This document shows, piece by piece, positions 13,564-27,029 of a stretch of DNA of 64,000 bases. Source of the stretch: Eledone cirrhosa (taxonomy: Eukaryota). The notes below the pieces were generated by a model, which was given only the letters and a program-made list of their open reading frames with translations, did no database searches and was not told the origin of the DNA. Position 1 is the stretch's first letter. Each line of letters opens with the position of its first letter. The stretch spans positions 32,240,001 to 32,304,000 of the forward strand of contig OZ024756.1 in NCBI GenBank assembly GCA_964016885.1. The letters run 5' to 3'. Made by a program: the position numbers and the translations under genes.

Positions 13564-14480
13564 AATGGGCGACTGGCATATCGAATGTGCTCAGGCGCTC
13601 ACAGTCCCATGGCAAACAGACCCGGCGATCAGTGGAGACTCCACTTCGACATTCTATAGAGGGTTGGTCCGCAGCAAGTGCGATGACACGCTCGGAGAAA
13701 CTCTAGGCGTAGAGGAGGACGAACTGGCCAGTCTGTTCGGTAGGACCTTCCGCCCGGAACCAATGGACAACTTCCAAATGTCCCTGGCCTGGCAGTGCTA
13801 CCGAGGAGCTCTACCAGTTCGAGACAAGATCTGTCCGAGATGCGTGCGCGACGAGGAAACCGTTGCACGCGCATTTGTACACTGCCCGGGCGTTACCGAC
13901 CTGTGGAGCTATGTAGAACGACTATTGTCACGGGTGGGACCAATCCAGTTGACCACCGAATCCATTGTCATGATCAAACCGCCACCCTCCTTCAAAAACG
14001 AGGGAGAGGCTGTTTTCCTATGTGTTATGGCTATGGTGAAAGAGGTTATATGGTGGACGAGGTTAAAAGGGCTGAAGTCAGACACCTTTCTTTTCGGCGA
14101 GCAACTGATTCGTTTTTTTCAAATATCATTTTGGAAGAAGAATCAGGATGGAGAGAGAGGTACTGTACCCCAGCACATTTTATAAAAGGTGGGTGAATGT
14201 GGCAAAGATGGCCCGAGTGGTTGGGCCTTCTCTCTATATAAGCCTGTAGGTTGAGGAAAAAGAGGAAGAGAGGAAGGGAGTACTCACTCTTGGTGCTCCT
14301 GGAGATGAGGGTTGTACATTTTTTCGGTGTGTATACAACCCCTGTGAAACACCTCCCCCTATTGGGGATTTCAATTGTTATTTGTTGTTTTATTAATAGT
14401 TTTATTTTCATATACCTGTATGTAAACTCCCCATTTGTATTTGTCCCCTTCTTTTGTGCCCTTGTGGCTAATAAAGAAAT
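13564..14480 (+). mobile_element. Tx1/L1-type LINE 3' fragment (zf-RVT-like C-terminus, one frameshift, 3' UTR with AATAAA) inserted in (ATCT)n
   Basis: ORF 13565-14185 has LAWQCYRGALPVRDKICPRCVRDEETVARAFVHCP (CCHC-like, H replaced by R). After a frameshift near the T-run at ~14113-14119 it continues IRMEREVLYPSTFYKRWVNVAKMARVVGPSLYISL* to 14249. It ends GGCTAATAAAGAAAT, with (CTAT)n on both flanks (13489-13563, 14482-14540). Confidence 0.8.
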
Positions 14481-14481
14481 G

Positions 14482-14541
<60 letters not shown>

Positions 14542-14547
14542 CATCTC

Positions 14548-14650
<103 letters not shown>

Positions 14651-14879
14651 GAAGTAATTCCGTCGGAAAAGTCCAGGAAAAAAGAGTGCTCTATGTAGGT
14701 AACAGAGCTTAATTATTATTATTATGTAATAAACAACATAAGGCAATTATTCTATTTACCAGTGGTTTCTTAAAAGCAAAAGGTTTTGCTTTCAATCCTC
14801 AGAATGAAAAAATCCTGGTTTGTTTATTGAATTTGGATTTTAAAAATATATATACATATACTTCAAATGCTCTAAATAG

Positions 14880-15340
14880 AGAAGCTATGCTCTGGATGAG
14901 TCGATTGTGCTGGGTGGCTTGCATCTCTGGATAAGCACCTAATATTCAGAAAAGGAGTCAAGGAAATTGTTCTAACCATGGAGGAATTTCCTTTTTAATC
15001 CTCCACAATAATGTCTGCAAAGTATCTGGCAACGAGATGTAGAGATATTGAGCATCACATGCCATCTGACAAACTATGTGGTTTTCTCACAGGTAGCCGC
15101 AGAGCCAAGCACGTATTCATACTGCGGCAGATCTTTGAGAAATCGTGGAAGTATTGCCAAGAAGTGTAAGCTTGTTTCGTAGACATCGAAAAGATCTATA
15201 AACGCATTCCAGAGGACTTGGTGTGGAAGATTCCTCATGAGTTTGGGTCGATGGACATCTTCTTGTTGCCTGGTAGTCCTTATAAAAACGCCCTAGTATC
15301 TGTGTTCAGATAAATGATGTTAATTCGAAACCATTTGCTA
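14880..15340 (+). pseudogene. Decayed RTE-clade (Expander/Rex3-like) reverse transcriptase fragment
   Basis: Manual translation gives NCSNHGGISFL ... CGFLTGSRRAKHVFILRQIFEKSWKYCQEV*ACFVDIEKIYKRIPEDLVWKIPHEFG. This matches the non-LTR RT pattern CSNYRGISLL / QCGFRPGRS..DQIF.LRQ..EK / FVDLEKAYD, with stops and frameshifts. Confidence 0.78.
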
Positions 15341-17280
15341 GGGCCGGAACACAAATTATGATAAATTACACATGACTTGTCTTGCCGCGGAAACGAACTC
15401 ACGCTCGTTAGCCTTCTACTCGAAAGTTAAGGAACACGCCTTTGTGCATGGTAGCAGTACACTACTTCAAAAATTCAATAATGGTTATAGACAAAAATAT
15501 TTCCAAAGATGTAGAGAAACTGTAAAGCAAAAGCACTGAATTTCATTTTCATTTCTTTTTTTTTAATATAAAAATATCAATTCTAACTCACGTATGACAA
15601 TACATATTCTTTATTAGTTGTAATCTCTTATCCACAGCTGTCCTTGTTTTTCACCTCTGTCCTATATTTTCTTAGAATGTCTTTGTATTTATTTGTCTTG
15701 TATTTGTGTCTTAATTGTACCAGCCATTATATACCTTTTCTAGACTGTTAGCCTGACACATAGCTTGCTAGTTCCACAAACCCTACAGAAATAAATAACT
15801 GAATAAACATATAACACTTTATTAGGAGTAGCTTCGATTAAAGCTTGGATCGAAAAGATAATTATTTAAAAAAATCATTATTATCATACACATGACTGCA
15901 GCCTATCTCAGGACGCAGTTGTCGTTAAGTGACGGTACTAACAATTATAAATTAAGAAAAATATATTTAGGCTGTTCATTGCATAGAATTTTGAAGTGGG
16001 TGTCTTTATATTCTATTCAACGTCTTTAAAAAACCCATTGTAATTAGCTTCACTGTATTTAAAAACGTAAATTTCTATAAGCTATCTTTCAGATCCAGTC
16101 ATTAATTCCCAATGCATCATTTGCCCCGTTTTTAACCTCAGCATCGTCGCCTAACTAGAAAGACAAGTAAGATGTTAATTTATCTTTCAATAAACTTGGA
16201 ATCGGTTCATGACTTCAAAATTCGTAAAACATTTATAATTGTAGAATATGTAAAGAAAACAAAGTGTGCTTCGATGAAAGAGTTTCTGTCCAAAATTTAG
16301 TTACACATGTTTCCATGTGTAACTAAATTCTTTCGCTATCGTCATATTCATTCATTCTTACAAACAGTACAATAAATTTAATAAAATAATAAAATCTATT
16401 ATTGTTAAGCTTTGCCAATAAAAACGCACGCAGCAGTTGCGTGAAACCCACATGGTGCGCGTGTTTTATTGGCTATAATACCCTCCCAATGTATAACAAT
16501 ATATGTTTCAATTCACGATTTCGTATCAAGAGCTTTGCAAATGTAAAATCCATTAAATTAATTTCAATTTATCAGTTCAAATTTATCTTAAATTCGTAGC
16601 CGATGTCTCAGGATAATCATTATTTGACCTTGAGTATTGACAGCAATTATATTTTCACTATATTATTTAGGGGGAAAAATTAAATGTAAAGCTCATACTT
16701 CAGCTGACCTACAAGTGTGTGTTTAGAAGAAGCTTTGTTTCCAATATTGTAAATACTTTAATGATAGAGAATGTAGCTTTATCACGAAAAAGAACATAAG
16801 GCTCTAATAAGGGTCATAGCACTACGCTCGATTCAAGTCTCCAGTTAGCTTTGTCTTTTATCCCTACGGGATCGATAAAATACTTCATATTTGTTTCACT
16901 TGCTGAATAGAATCAGGGGTCGATGTTTCTCCTGAAGGTCAATAATTCTCTTCTAAATCAAGCGGGAGAGCCTTTCCATTGTCAATTTGCATGGATCATC
17001 TTCAAAGCCGCATTGTTCTCAGAACGACTACACCAGTCTTTCGATGTGTGCAGCTGGAACTACTGCCACATATTGATTTGGCAGATTTTTTTTTTTTTAG
17101 ATAGCCGTTGACTTTTCTGAGTTCTTCCCCACCCTTTGTCAGGTTTTTTTTTCCTGCAGGGTGTTCAAAGCACTAACCCCACCAAGTTTACTTGGTGGGG
17201 TTCCGGTTTAGTCACTGACGACCCGACCGTGCGACAGGTTGTACTTTACCAGAAGCACTCAAGATTGACATGATTTTAAA

Positions 17281-17650
17281 TAAAGCACCAGTAATGCATT
17301 AGGGGCGATTTAATCGACCCTTCAAATTGGTGGTCTTGTGCCTAAATTAGAAACAATTATTATTATCCTTATTATTAGGGCGGTGGATTAGCAGTATCGG
17401 TATAGGGTCGGACACCATGTTTTGCAGCTTAGAGTTACGGTACTTTACGGTCTGAGTTCAAATCCCGCCGAGGTTAACTTTGCCTTTCATCCTTACAGGG
17501 TCGATAAAATAAAGTACCAGTAATGCACTGGGATAATTGCTGGCCTTGTGCCAAAAGTAGAAACAATTATTATTATGATGGGGTCGATTTAATCGACTGT
17601 CCCCTCTCCCAAATCGCTGGACTTGTGCCTATAAAAGAAAACATTATTAT
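17281..17650 (+). mobile_element. Family A SINE cluster: 3' fragment, full copy (17378-17576), 3' fragment
   Basis: Consensus match; the units are joined through ATT repeats. Confidence 0.88.
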
Positions 17651-18163
17651 CTTTATTATCATCTTCCTCATCGTCATCATCATCGTTCTTATCGTCAGTA
17701 ACTTTTGTTCCTGTAGTTTCTAGTTACTAACAGCAATAATAAATAGAGTCAGAAGTCAGAAGTGTAGTATTCACAAGAGAATCACCATAGTTGCAATGGC
17801 TACTAAGTGTTTGGAAGAAAGACGAAAACAAACAAAAACCAATGAGAGTTATGTAATGTTATTTTTTCACAATTCCATCGTGACCACTACCAATAACATA
17901 CACTCAAAATACCACTGAATAAATAGCAAATAACAAAAAAAAGAAAAAGCAATAATACAGACTCTTCGAATTATACTAATGGATGGTGCTGTCTCCAATT
18001 GCTATAAAGTGTAATTCCGTCTGGAATGTTTAGTCTTGCATCCGAATTATCGGATAATAATAATAATAACAACAGTAATGAATATAATAATAGACTTGAG
18101 TTTAGCAAATTTTTCATAAATCGGAGTGAACTGGGAAACTGTAAGTTAGCCACTTATCTATCT

Positions 18164-18311
18164 ATCGACTAACTTTTTAAATTGCATTTGTGATAACATT
18201 TTACACGTTTATATTGTATGTAAACTTCCCCCTTTGTATTTGTCCCCTTCTTTTGTGCCCCTGTGGCTAATAAAGAAACCTATCTATCTTTCTATCTATC
18301 TATCTATCTAC

Positions 18312-18362
<51 letters not shown>

Positions 18363-18595
18363 GATATCTAGATATCTGTCTATCTATCTCTTCGTACTCC
18401 TGGAGATGAGGGTTGCACATTTTTTTTTCGCGGGTATGTGTTACCCATATGTAATGTCCCCCCCCCCCCTATTGGGGAGAATCGATTAATTTTTAAATTG
18501 CATTTGTGATAATATTTTACACGTTTTTATTGTATGTAAACTTTCCCCTTTGTATTTGTCCCCTTCTTTTGTGCCCCTGCGGCTAATAAAGAAAC
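18164..18595 (+). mobile_element. Two tandem 3'-UTR-only copies of the Tx1-like LINE separated by (ATCT)n
   Basis: 18164-18278 and 18388-18595 match 14290-14480 (CTCCTGGAGATGAGGGTTG...TTGTATTTGTCCCCTTCTTTTGTGCCC...GGCTAATAAAGAAA). (TATC)n lies before the first and between the two. Confidence 0.85.
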
Positions 18596-18673
18596 AAATA
18601 TATCTTCACCTACATTATGCTCCTAGTTTTAACATCTCTCTCTATCTCTCTCTCTCTCCCCTCTCTCTCTCTA

Positions 18674-18746
<73 letters not shown>

Positions 18747-18776
18747 GTATGTATATATATATAAACATATATATCC

Positions 18777-18808
<32 letters not shown>

Positions 18809-18822
18809 AAACATATATATCC

Positions 18823-18853
<31 letters not shown>

Positions 18854-19450
18854 ACTCTGGATATAACATCGAAAACCTAACAAAATCTGGTTTCATCTGC
18901 AACCGCATTTCAGTAAATTTGTTCAATCAAATAATAAAATGCAGCTAGACATGACTTAGCCATAATCAGTAAATATTTTCTAGGCAGTAGCCAAGTACTA
19001 TAATTTATTTAATAGATCTAACATCATGTTTCATGAAATATATGTGTATGAAAAAAAAAAAAAAAAAAACTGTTGCAAAGCTCCACCTATATGCGGTCAG
19101 TACAAATAACGCAGGTACCCAAATGCAATTATGAGACGAAATGGCATCTTCCCTGAAGAACAAACTATAAAACATTTCCAGTGGATAACATTACATTTAG
19201 GAAAATTGAAGAGAAGATGACTAAAAAATTCATTTCTACATTCATAGAGCGTCGTTCAGGATGAAAAAAATATGGAACATCTTATTCATAACCGAATGGT
19301 ATTGATATTAAAAACCCTATCTATACTTGAAGAATTTCGTTACTGACTAGTAAACATCGATGATAGACTGAGAGAGGCGGAATCTACTCTGCACAGTGGT
19401 GAAATATCAAATCACTTCTATACAAATTTAGAACTAAAGCAATTGAACTG

Positions 19451-20040
19451 TAATAATTGTTTCTATTTTTAGTATAAGGCCAGCAATTATCCCAGTACAT
19501 TACTGGTGCTTTATTTTATCGACCCAGTAAGGATGAAAGGGGACGATAACTTCGGCGGGATTTGAACTCAGATCATACAGTGCCGTAACTCTATGCTACA
19601 AAGCATGGTGTCCGACGCTCTATCGATACTGCGAATACAAGGCCAAATGAACGGTAATAATTGTTTCTACTTTTGGCACAAGGCCAGTAATACACAGTAC
19701 ATTACTGGTACTTTATTTTATCGACCCCGTAAGGATGAAAGGCAAAGTTAACCTCGGCGGGATTTAAACTCAGATCGTAATGAGTCGTAACTCCATACTG
19801 CTAAGCATGGCGTCCGACCCTCTACCGATACTGCCAACTCACCGCCCTTCGATGAACGGTAATAATTGTTTCTACTTTAGGCACAAGGCCAGCAATTACC
19901 CAGTGCATTACTGGTGCTTTATTTTATCGACCCCGTAAGGATGAAAGGCAAAGTCAACCTCGGCGGGATTTGAACTCAGATCGTAAAGGGACGTAACTAT
20001 GCTGGAAAGCATGGCGTCCGACCCTCTACCGATTCTGCCA
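19451..20040 (-). mobile_element. Three head-to-tail family A SINEs
   Basis: Units 19451-19640, 19655-19848, 19860-20040, with (TGA)AC(G/T)GTAATAAT at all four junctions. Confidence 0.92.
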
Positions 20041-20512
20041 CGGTAATAATATCACGTATTCAGGGTTGGATTTAGTCCTTAGCGGGAGCGAGGCACGTCA
20101 GAATACACAGCAAAACATATCAAAGTTAGCTTTGCGCAAGTAATCGGAATTGAAAACTTATGCATACAGATATTAAATTAAAAAATTCTAACCATCCTAA
20201 AATTAAAAAAAGCCCAGCTGACGGCACAAATGTATTGCTACGGCCGTCACTGGTGGATCGCCGCTCCTCTGCGGGAGGTTTGAGGCAATTGACCCCATTT
20301 ACCCCGTTAAATTCGGCCCTGTTCATGTTACACTGTAACACATTTTACTACTTTACTTATATTAATGCAACGCCTGATTAGTATATTGGATAATAAGCCA
20401 GCATAACTCCTCCATAGTAACAGCAGTCCTTTACAAAGGTTTTTATCAGCAACCATTAAATGATCTAAGTTATGACGTAATTACTGCAGCGGAACTGTAG
20501 CTAAGACTAATG

Positions 20513-20576
<64 letters not shown>

Positions 20577-20589
20577 TCTCCTCTCTGTC

Positions 20590-20655
<66 letters not shown>

Positions 20656-21300
20656 TCCCCTCTCGTCTTTCTCTTTATGTCTTTCTGATTTTCTCTTTCT
20701 GTTTCATACAAACATACTTAGCTTTCATAGTGTCATTAATTGTCCATTTGCTGCTGTACTTTTCATTCCAATACTCATTTTCATCTATAATGCATATACA
20801 TATACATAGTTTCTCTAAATGATATTTGATATATTTAAGTATTTACTTTTACTAAATATAAATATGTGCTGCTATTGTTGTTCTCGTCTTGTTGTTGTTG
20901 AGATACAAGCCACCATTGGTAGGGATATATATATAGTAGTATATTATCTTCTTAGTCATTTTTTTAGTAAGAGCTGAATTTTGATAGAGGGAAAATTTTG
21001 CGGCGAGTTCTAGCATATCAAATGATGACGAAGAGGTTCTATTATTGGTGAGTGGGTGCCGACTAAATATATTATTTGATTTTAGTAGCACATATATGTT
21101 TTCTTTTTCTTTTGAGTATAATGATCTCTATAGACTGTTGATTGACAGATTAGTTTGAACGACTGTATTTGGTCACGTGCTTTCTGTCATGGGTTCAAAA
21201 CGTCTCGGGGTCAAATTTACCTTTTATCGTTTCAAGGTCGATACATAAAATACTAGCTTATTACAAGAATTGAAAATTCCTTCTGTGCCTCTTTTTCACT

Positions 21301-21511
<211 letters not shown>

Positions 21512-21946
21512 CTATCTGTCTTTCTTTATCTGTCTCTCCCACTCTGTATCTCCCTCTCACTGCTTCAATTACAAGAAGAAATCGGCTGTGTTCTGGCAGG
21601 GTGAGGGATTAATTTAACCACGTTTAAATCTCATGGCAGCGCCCCAATATCCATTATCGATCCATCTATGGACAGATGGTGGATGGATAATGGCCGTTAA
21701 AGCGGCATCATTTGATCTTGGATTGTTCTACGCTCAAATGATTCACGGAGGTTATTTTTCTAACAAAGAATGCATAACTACATAATACATAGACATTTTA
21801 CTTATATGATATTATACTTATATCCACCACATTTTAGTTATTTATGTTGATCATATCTGGTTTTGCGCTTCAGTTTTGTTCGATGAGATAGCAAAAATGC
21901 TTTTTCTATGCGCACACACTACATATATATATATATACATACATAC

Positions 21947-22021
<75 letters not shown>

Positions 22022-22243
22022 TATTGAAGTTTGCTTGAAGCATTGTGGAATAATAAGTTAAATTTCCCTAAGTCGTTTGGAAGCCTCGACAATGCAGATG
22101 GGTAAATCTCCGGGTAACAAGATCCGGTGGTGGAGAGAGAGATGTAAGTGGGTGTACGTTGAGATGCGTGGCGTGTATAAGACTGTAGCGTGTAGAGGAA
22201 TGAAGGAAAGAGCATAAAGGATAAAAATTAAAAATAACAACCC

Positions 22244-22355
<112 letters not shown>

Positions 22356-22361
22356 GCATAT

Positions 22362-22398
<37 letters not shown>

Positions 22399-22450
22399 TA
22401 TCTTTATATATATGTGTATATATAAGCATATATATATATATATATATGTA

Positions 22451-22535
<85 letters not shown>

Positions 22536-23198
22536 GTATATATATATACACACACACATATATATATATATATATGTATCTGTGCGTGTGTATATAATGA
22601 CTTTCTTCCACGCACACACACCATACATAGTCATAACATTACTCACATAATTTCCGTTAAAGATGTATTCCTCAATTTCTTTCAACACATCATGTTATAT
22701 ATCACACCAGTCCCCTTTTATTTATTGCCTACATTTCTTCACACCCTTCGGGCTATTCCTATATATCTTTCCTCATAGTTATCCCCCTTTTATAATTTAT
22801 TTATTTATATATCTTTTCTCTCTTTATTTCGGTTTTCTATTTATTTTCACCCGTCTATTCTCTTCAATTTTATTTTTTTTCTATTCTCTCTTCTATTCCT
22901 CTTTCTATCCCTCCCTTCTCTCTATTCTAATATATTATGGTTATATTTATTGTTTTCCTTCCCTTTTCTCTTCTTCTATATTTTTATCACCATTATCATC
23001 AACATCATCATCATCGTCGTCGTTATTATTATCACAATTATAATTATCACCATAATTATCACTATCATCACCAACATTATCATCACCATTATAATTATCA
23101 TCACCATTACAATCATTATCGTTATCATGATTTTTCTTCTTCTTCTTCTTCTTCTTCTTCTTCTTCTTCTTCTTCTTCTTCTTCTTCTTCTTCTTCTT

Positions 23199-23297
<99 letters not shown>

Positions 23298-23305
23298 GTT
23301 ATTGT

Positions 23306-25085
23306 TATTCCTTGAATCTCAGTCATTGATGTTGGTTAACTGGAAAGTCCGTTGGATTGAATATCAAGCCACTACCTGCAGCCTCAGATATTCAGGACGT
23401 ATCGGAGGGTTCTTGCCGTTCCAAGCAAGCATGCCTTTTGAAGCGTTCCAAAAAGCGTGAAGGGGCCGATTTTCTTTAACCATCCCTGGAAACCTTTGGA
23501 GATAGTCCCCAGTGCGCCTATGACAATCGGGATCACTTTGACTTCATGGCAGTTCCAAATCCTTTTCACCTCCCACTTTAGGTCCTGGTATCGGTTAATT
23601 TTCTCCCTCTCCTTCTCTTGCACTCTCGTGTCGAACGGGCAGGCCACATCCACAATCAGGCACGATCTTTTTTCTTTGTCCACAACCACCAGGTCAGGTC
23701 TATTGTGTTCCAGTTTTTTGTACGTCTGTATCCTAAAATCCCACAGCACCTTCACCTGACTGTTCTCTATCACCGCCTCTGGCCTATGCTCATACCATTT
23801 CTCAGAATGTGGTAGATTGTTTACTTTGCACAGGTGCCAGTGGATCACCCTGCCCATCACATCGTGTCTCCAGCCCTTATAGTGGGTCTGGGCTAGGTGT
23901 TTACACTCGGACACAATGTGAGCCACAGTCTCCTCTCTCTCTCCACAGATCCTGCACAGTGGGCTAGCCTCCTCCTTGTAGATATGGTGCTTCAACCACT
24001 TCGTTTTGAGGGCCTGCTCCTGCGCAGCCATTAGCATTCCTTCTGTAGCCTTTTTGAGGTCTCCTCTTCTCAACCAGTTCCATGTCTGTGGATCTCTAAA
24101 TTCAGTTTTCTCAAAGAAGGTACTATGAAGGGATTTTCCCTTAAGGCTGCTCTTCCTCCTTGATGTTATTTCCTCCTTGGATATCCCCTGGCCTACTGTC
24201 CCCCCCTTCAGTACAGCTCTGAGCATTGGCTCCTTACTATAGGTCACGTATTTGTATAGGTTGTTTTTCTCCATCTGAACACAGTCCTCTATGCTGATAA
24301 GACCTCTTCCACCCTCAGATCTCCTTAGGTAGAGTCTATCGACATCACTCCTCTTGTGGAACATGTTGTAGATAGTCAATAGCTTCCTAGTCTTCCTATC
24401 CATTTCTTTTTGTTCAGCAACATTCCATCTCAGAATTCCCGCACTGTACCTAATAATAGACACAGCTCGGGAATTTACTGCGCTTATGGCATTTCTGCTG
24501 TTCAGATGTGACTTCAATACGCTCCTTACTCTCCGAATGTATTCAGTTCTTAACAATTCCTTCATTTTTTTGTTCTTTATGCCATCAGCCTCCAGAACGC
24601 CCAAATACTTGTATCCTTCCTCAGAGTCAATTTCCTTTATCATCTCACCTGTTGGTATCTGGATCCCGTTACTTCTGCTCAACCTACCCCTCCTCATCAC
24701 AATGACTCCACATTTACCAATACCAAACTGCATACATATATCACTGCTGAAAATACGGACAGTGTCAACAAGCACATCCAACTCCTTCTCACTTTTCCCG
24801 AAGAGCTTAAGATCGTCCATGAAGAAGAGGTGATTGATGGTAAGCTCTCCCCTTCCCAACTTGTATCCTGCTCTCACTTTTCGCAGCATAATGGTCAAGG
24901 GCATCAGGGCAAGGACAAACAACAGAGGGGACAGGCTATCTCCCTGGAAGATACCTCTCTTGATCTTCACGCTTCCCAAGGATACTCCAGTTGATGTCAA
25001 CTCTGTCTCCCAGGACCCCATACTCCTGCCCAGCAACTGTCTGATGTTATCTGCCACCCTGAAGATCTCCAGGCTTTTGGTGATC

Positions 25086-25087
<2 letters not shown>
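23306..25087 (-). mobile_element. R4/Dong-like LINE insertion (ORF + ~80 bp 3' UTR) inside a (TAA)n microsatellite
   Basis: (TAT)n tracts abut both ends (about 23228-23300 and 25088-25132). Dong/Rex6-type R4-clade elements are known to target (TAA)n. Confidence 0.88.
23384..25087 (-). CDS. 5'-truncated ORF of an R4/Dong-clade (R2 superfamily) non-LTR retrotransposon: reverse transcriptase + CCHC zinc knuckle + restriction-like endonuclease
   Basis: The 557-aa ORF extends 10 more codons in frame to the (TAA)n junction at 25087 (WITKSLEIFR). RT motifs GIFQGDSLSPLLF, HLFFMDDLKLF, YKYLG; GGRGL; CRICGEREETVAHIVSEC; RHD; RLE motifs RPDLVVVD, IVDVACP, EKINRY, IPIVIGALG. No internal stops. There is no native start codon. 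Confidence 0.93.
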
Positions 25088-25134
<47 letters not shown>

Positions 25135-25574
25135 TTTGTTGTTACCGGTAGTGATGGAGGTGGCGGTGGTGGTGTTTTGTCATTATCATTTAAAATATTT
25201 TTTATATTTTCTTTCACTCTTAGCAAAAATCTGTTTGGCTTTCTTGTGTTATTAACTGACTTCCCAAGTTGCCAAGATACGTGTAATAGGTCTATAAATC
25301 TTAATATATATCATCTAATTTATTCTCGTTATAACTTTCATCATAACAATACACTCCTTCATTTGATCCTTCAGAAGGAATAAATAACAAACACCAACAG
25401 AAACAAGAAAACAAAAACAAAGTGACAGCAATAGTAATAATGGAACAAAAACAAAACAAAACAATAACAACACCAGAACAAATAATCTGCCCCCCTAGTA
25501 AAACAAAAACACGAAAACAAATAGTACAATACCCCCCCCCCAAAAAAAATAATTACAACAGTAACGACAGCAAC

Positions 25575-25798
25575 AATAATGGTTTCTTATATAGGCACAA
25601 GCCAGCAATTTTGGAGGAGAGGAAAGTCAATTAAATCGGCCCCAGTGTGGTGTGACTAGTACTTTATTTGATCGACCCCGTAAGGATGAAAGGCAAAGTT
25701 AACCTCGGCGGGATTTGAACTCAGATCATAAAGGGCCGTAACTCTATGCTGCAAAGCATGGTATCTGACGCTCTACCGATACTGCCAATCCACTGCTC
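25575..25798 (-). mobile_element. Family A SINE (long form) with 12-bp TSD
   Basis: AGCAACAATAAT at 25569-25580 and 25806-25817. Confidence 0.9.
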
Positions 25799-26154
25799 TA
25801 TCGAAAGCAACAATAATAACAAAAAAAAAAAAAAAAAACCTACGGCAATCATAGCAAAAGAAAAAGAAAAAAAAATCTATGACAACAATAGCAACAGCAA
25901 CAATAAAATTACTGAAAATTATTTAGAAAAACAGGAAAAGATGAGATCATAAAAATATATTTTCTATTATCAACAAGAAAATTCTTAAAAATTTCCTTTT
26001 TATTTATAAACATTGATGCGATTGTCAATTACTATTGTTGTTGTTGCTGTTGTTGTTGTTGTTATTGTTGTTGTGATTGTTGTTGTTGTTGTTATTTCAT
26101 TATCAGTAGTAGTAACAGCGACACCAGCATCCCCTCCTTATCATTTCTATCGTC

Positions 26155-26185
<31 letters not shown>

Positions 26186-26320
26186 CTTCTTCTTCTTCTT
26201 CTTCTTCTTCTTCTTCTTCTTCTTCTTCTTCTTCTTCTTCATCGCCGTCATTCTTCTTCTCCCTATTCTCATCATCATCATCATCACCACCACCATAATC
26301 ATCATCATCATCATCCTCAC

Positions 26321-26381
<61 letters not shown>

Positions 26382-26489
26382 TCCATCATCTTCATCAAAC
26401 GTCATCAGTCTCATCCTTCCCTTCTTATTCTCATCATCAACAACATTAATAATATAAAATTTTAAGGAAATTAAAAACCCATTTAATAA

Positions 26490-26900
26490 AAAATATATAT
26501 TGTATATATCCATATTACAAATATATATTGTATATACATGTTACAAACATACATTGTACATACATATTACAAATATATATTGTATATATCCATATTACAA
26601 ATATATATTGTATATATCCATATTACAAATATATATTGTATATATCTACATTACAAATATATATTGTATATATCTACATTACAAATATATATTGTATATA
26701 CATGTTACAAACATAAATTGTACATACATATTACAAATGTATATTGTATATACATATTACAAATATATATTGTACATACACATATATATTGTATATACAT
26801 ATTACAAATATATATTGTATATACAAATCTACATTGTATATACATATTACAAATGTATATTGTATATGCATATTACAAATATATATTGTATATAGATATT
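26490..26900. repeat. Minisatellite, 26-28-bp unit CATATTACAAATATATATTGTATATA(TC), ~15 copies
   Basis: Direct tandem units, each containing a TACAA/TTGTA inverted pair. Confidence 0.93.
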
Positions 26901-27029
26901 ATAAATACATCTATTTAGGAAACTGGAAAAAGGATGTTTTTTTTTTCAATATGGGTGGAGAGATTTTATTGCTATCAATTTAAACTTCATATTATTACTG
27001 TTGTTGTTATTATACTTATTGTTATCGTA

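Noticed and set aside
23306-23383. R4/Dong element as the partner of SINE A
   Set aside because: Its 3' UTR shows no similarity to the SINE tail, and it ends in (AAT)n on its sense strand whereas the SINE ends in (ATT)n.
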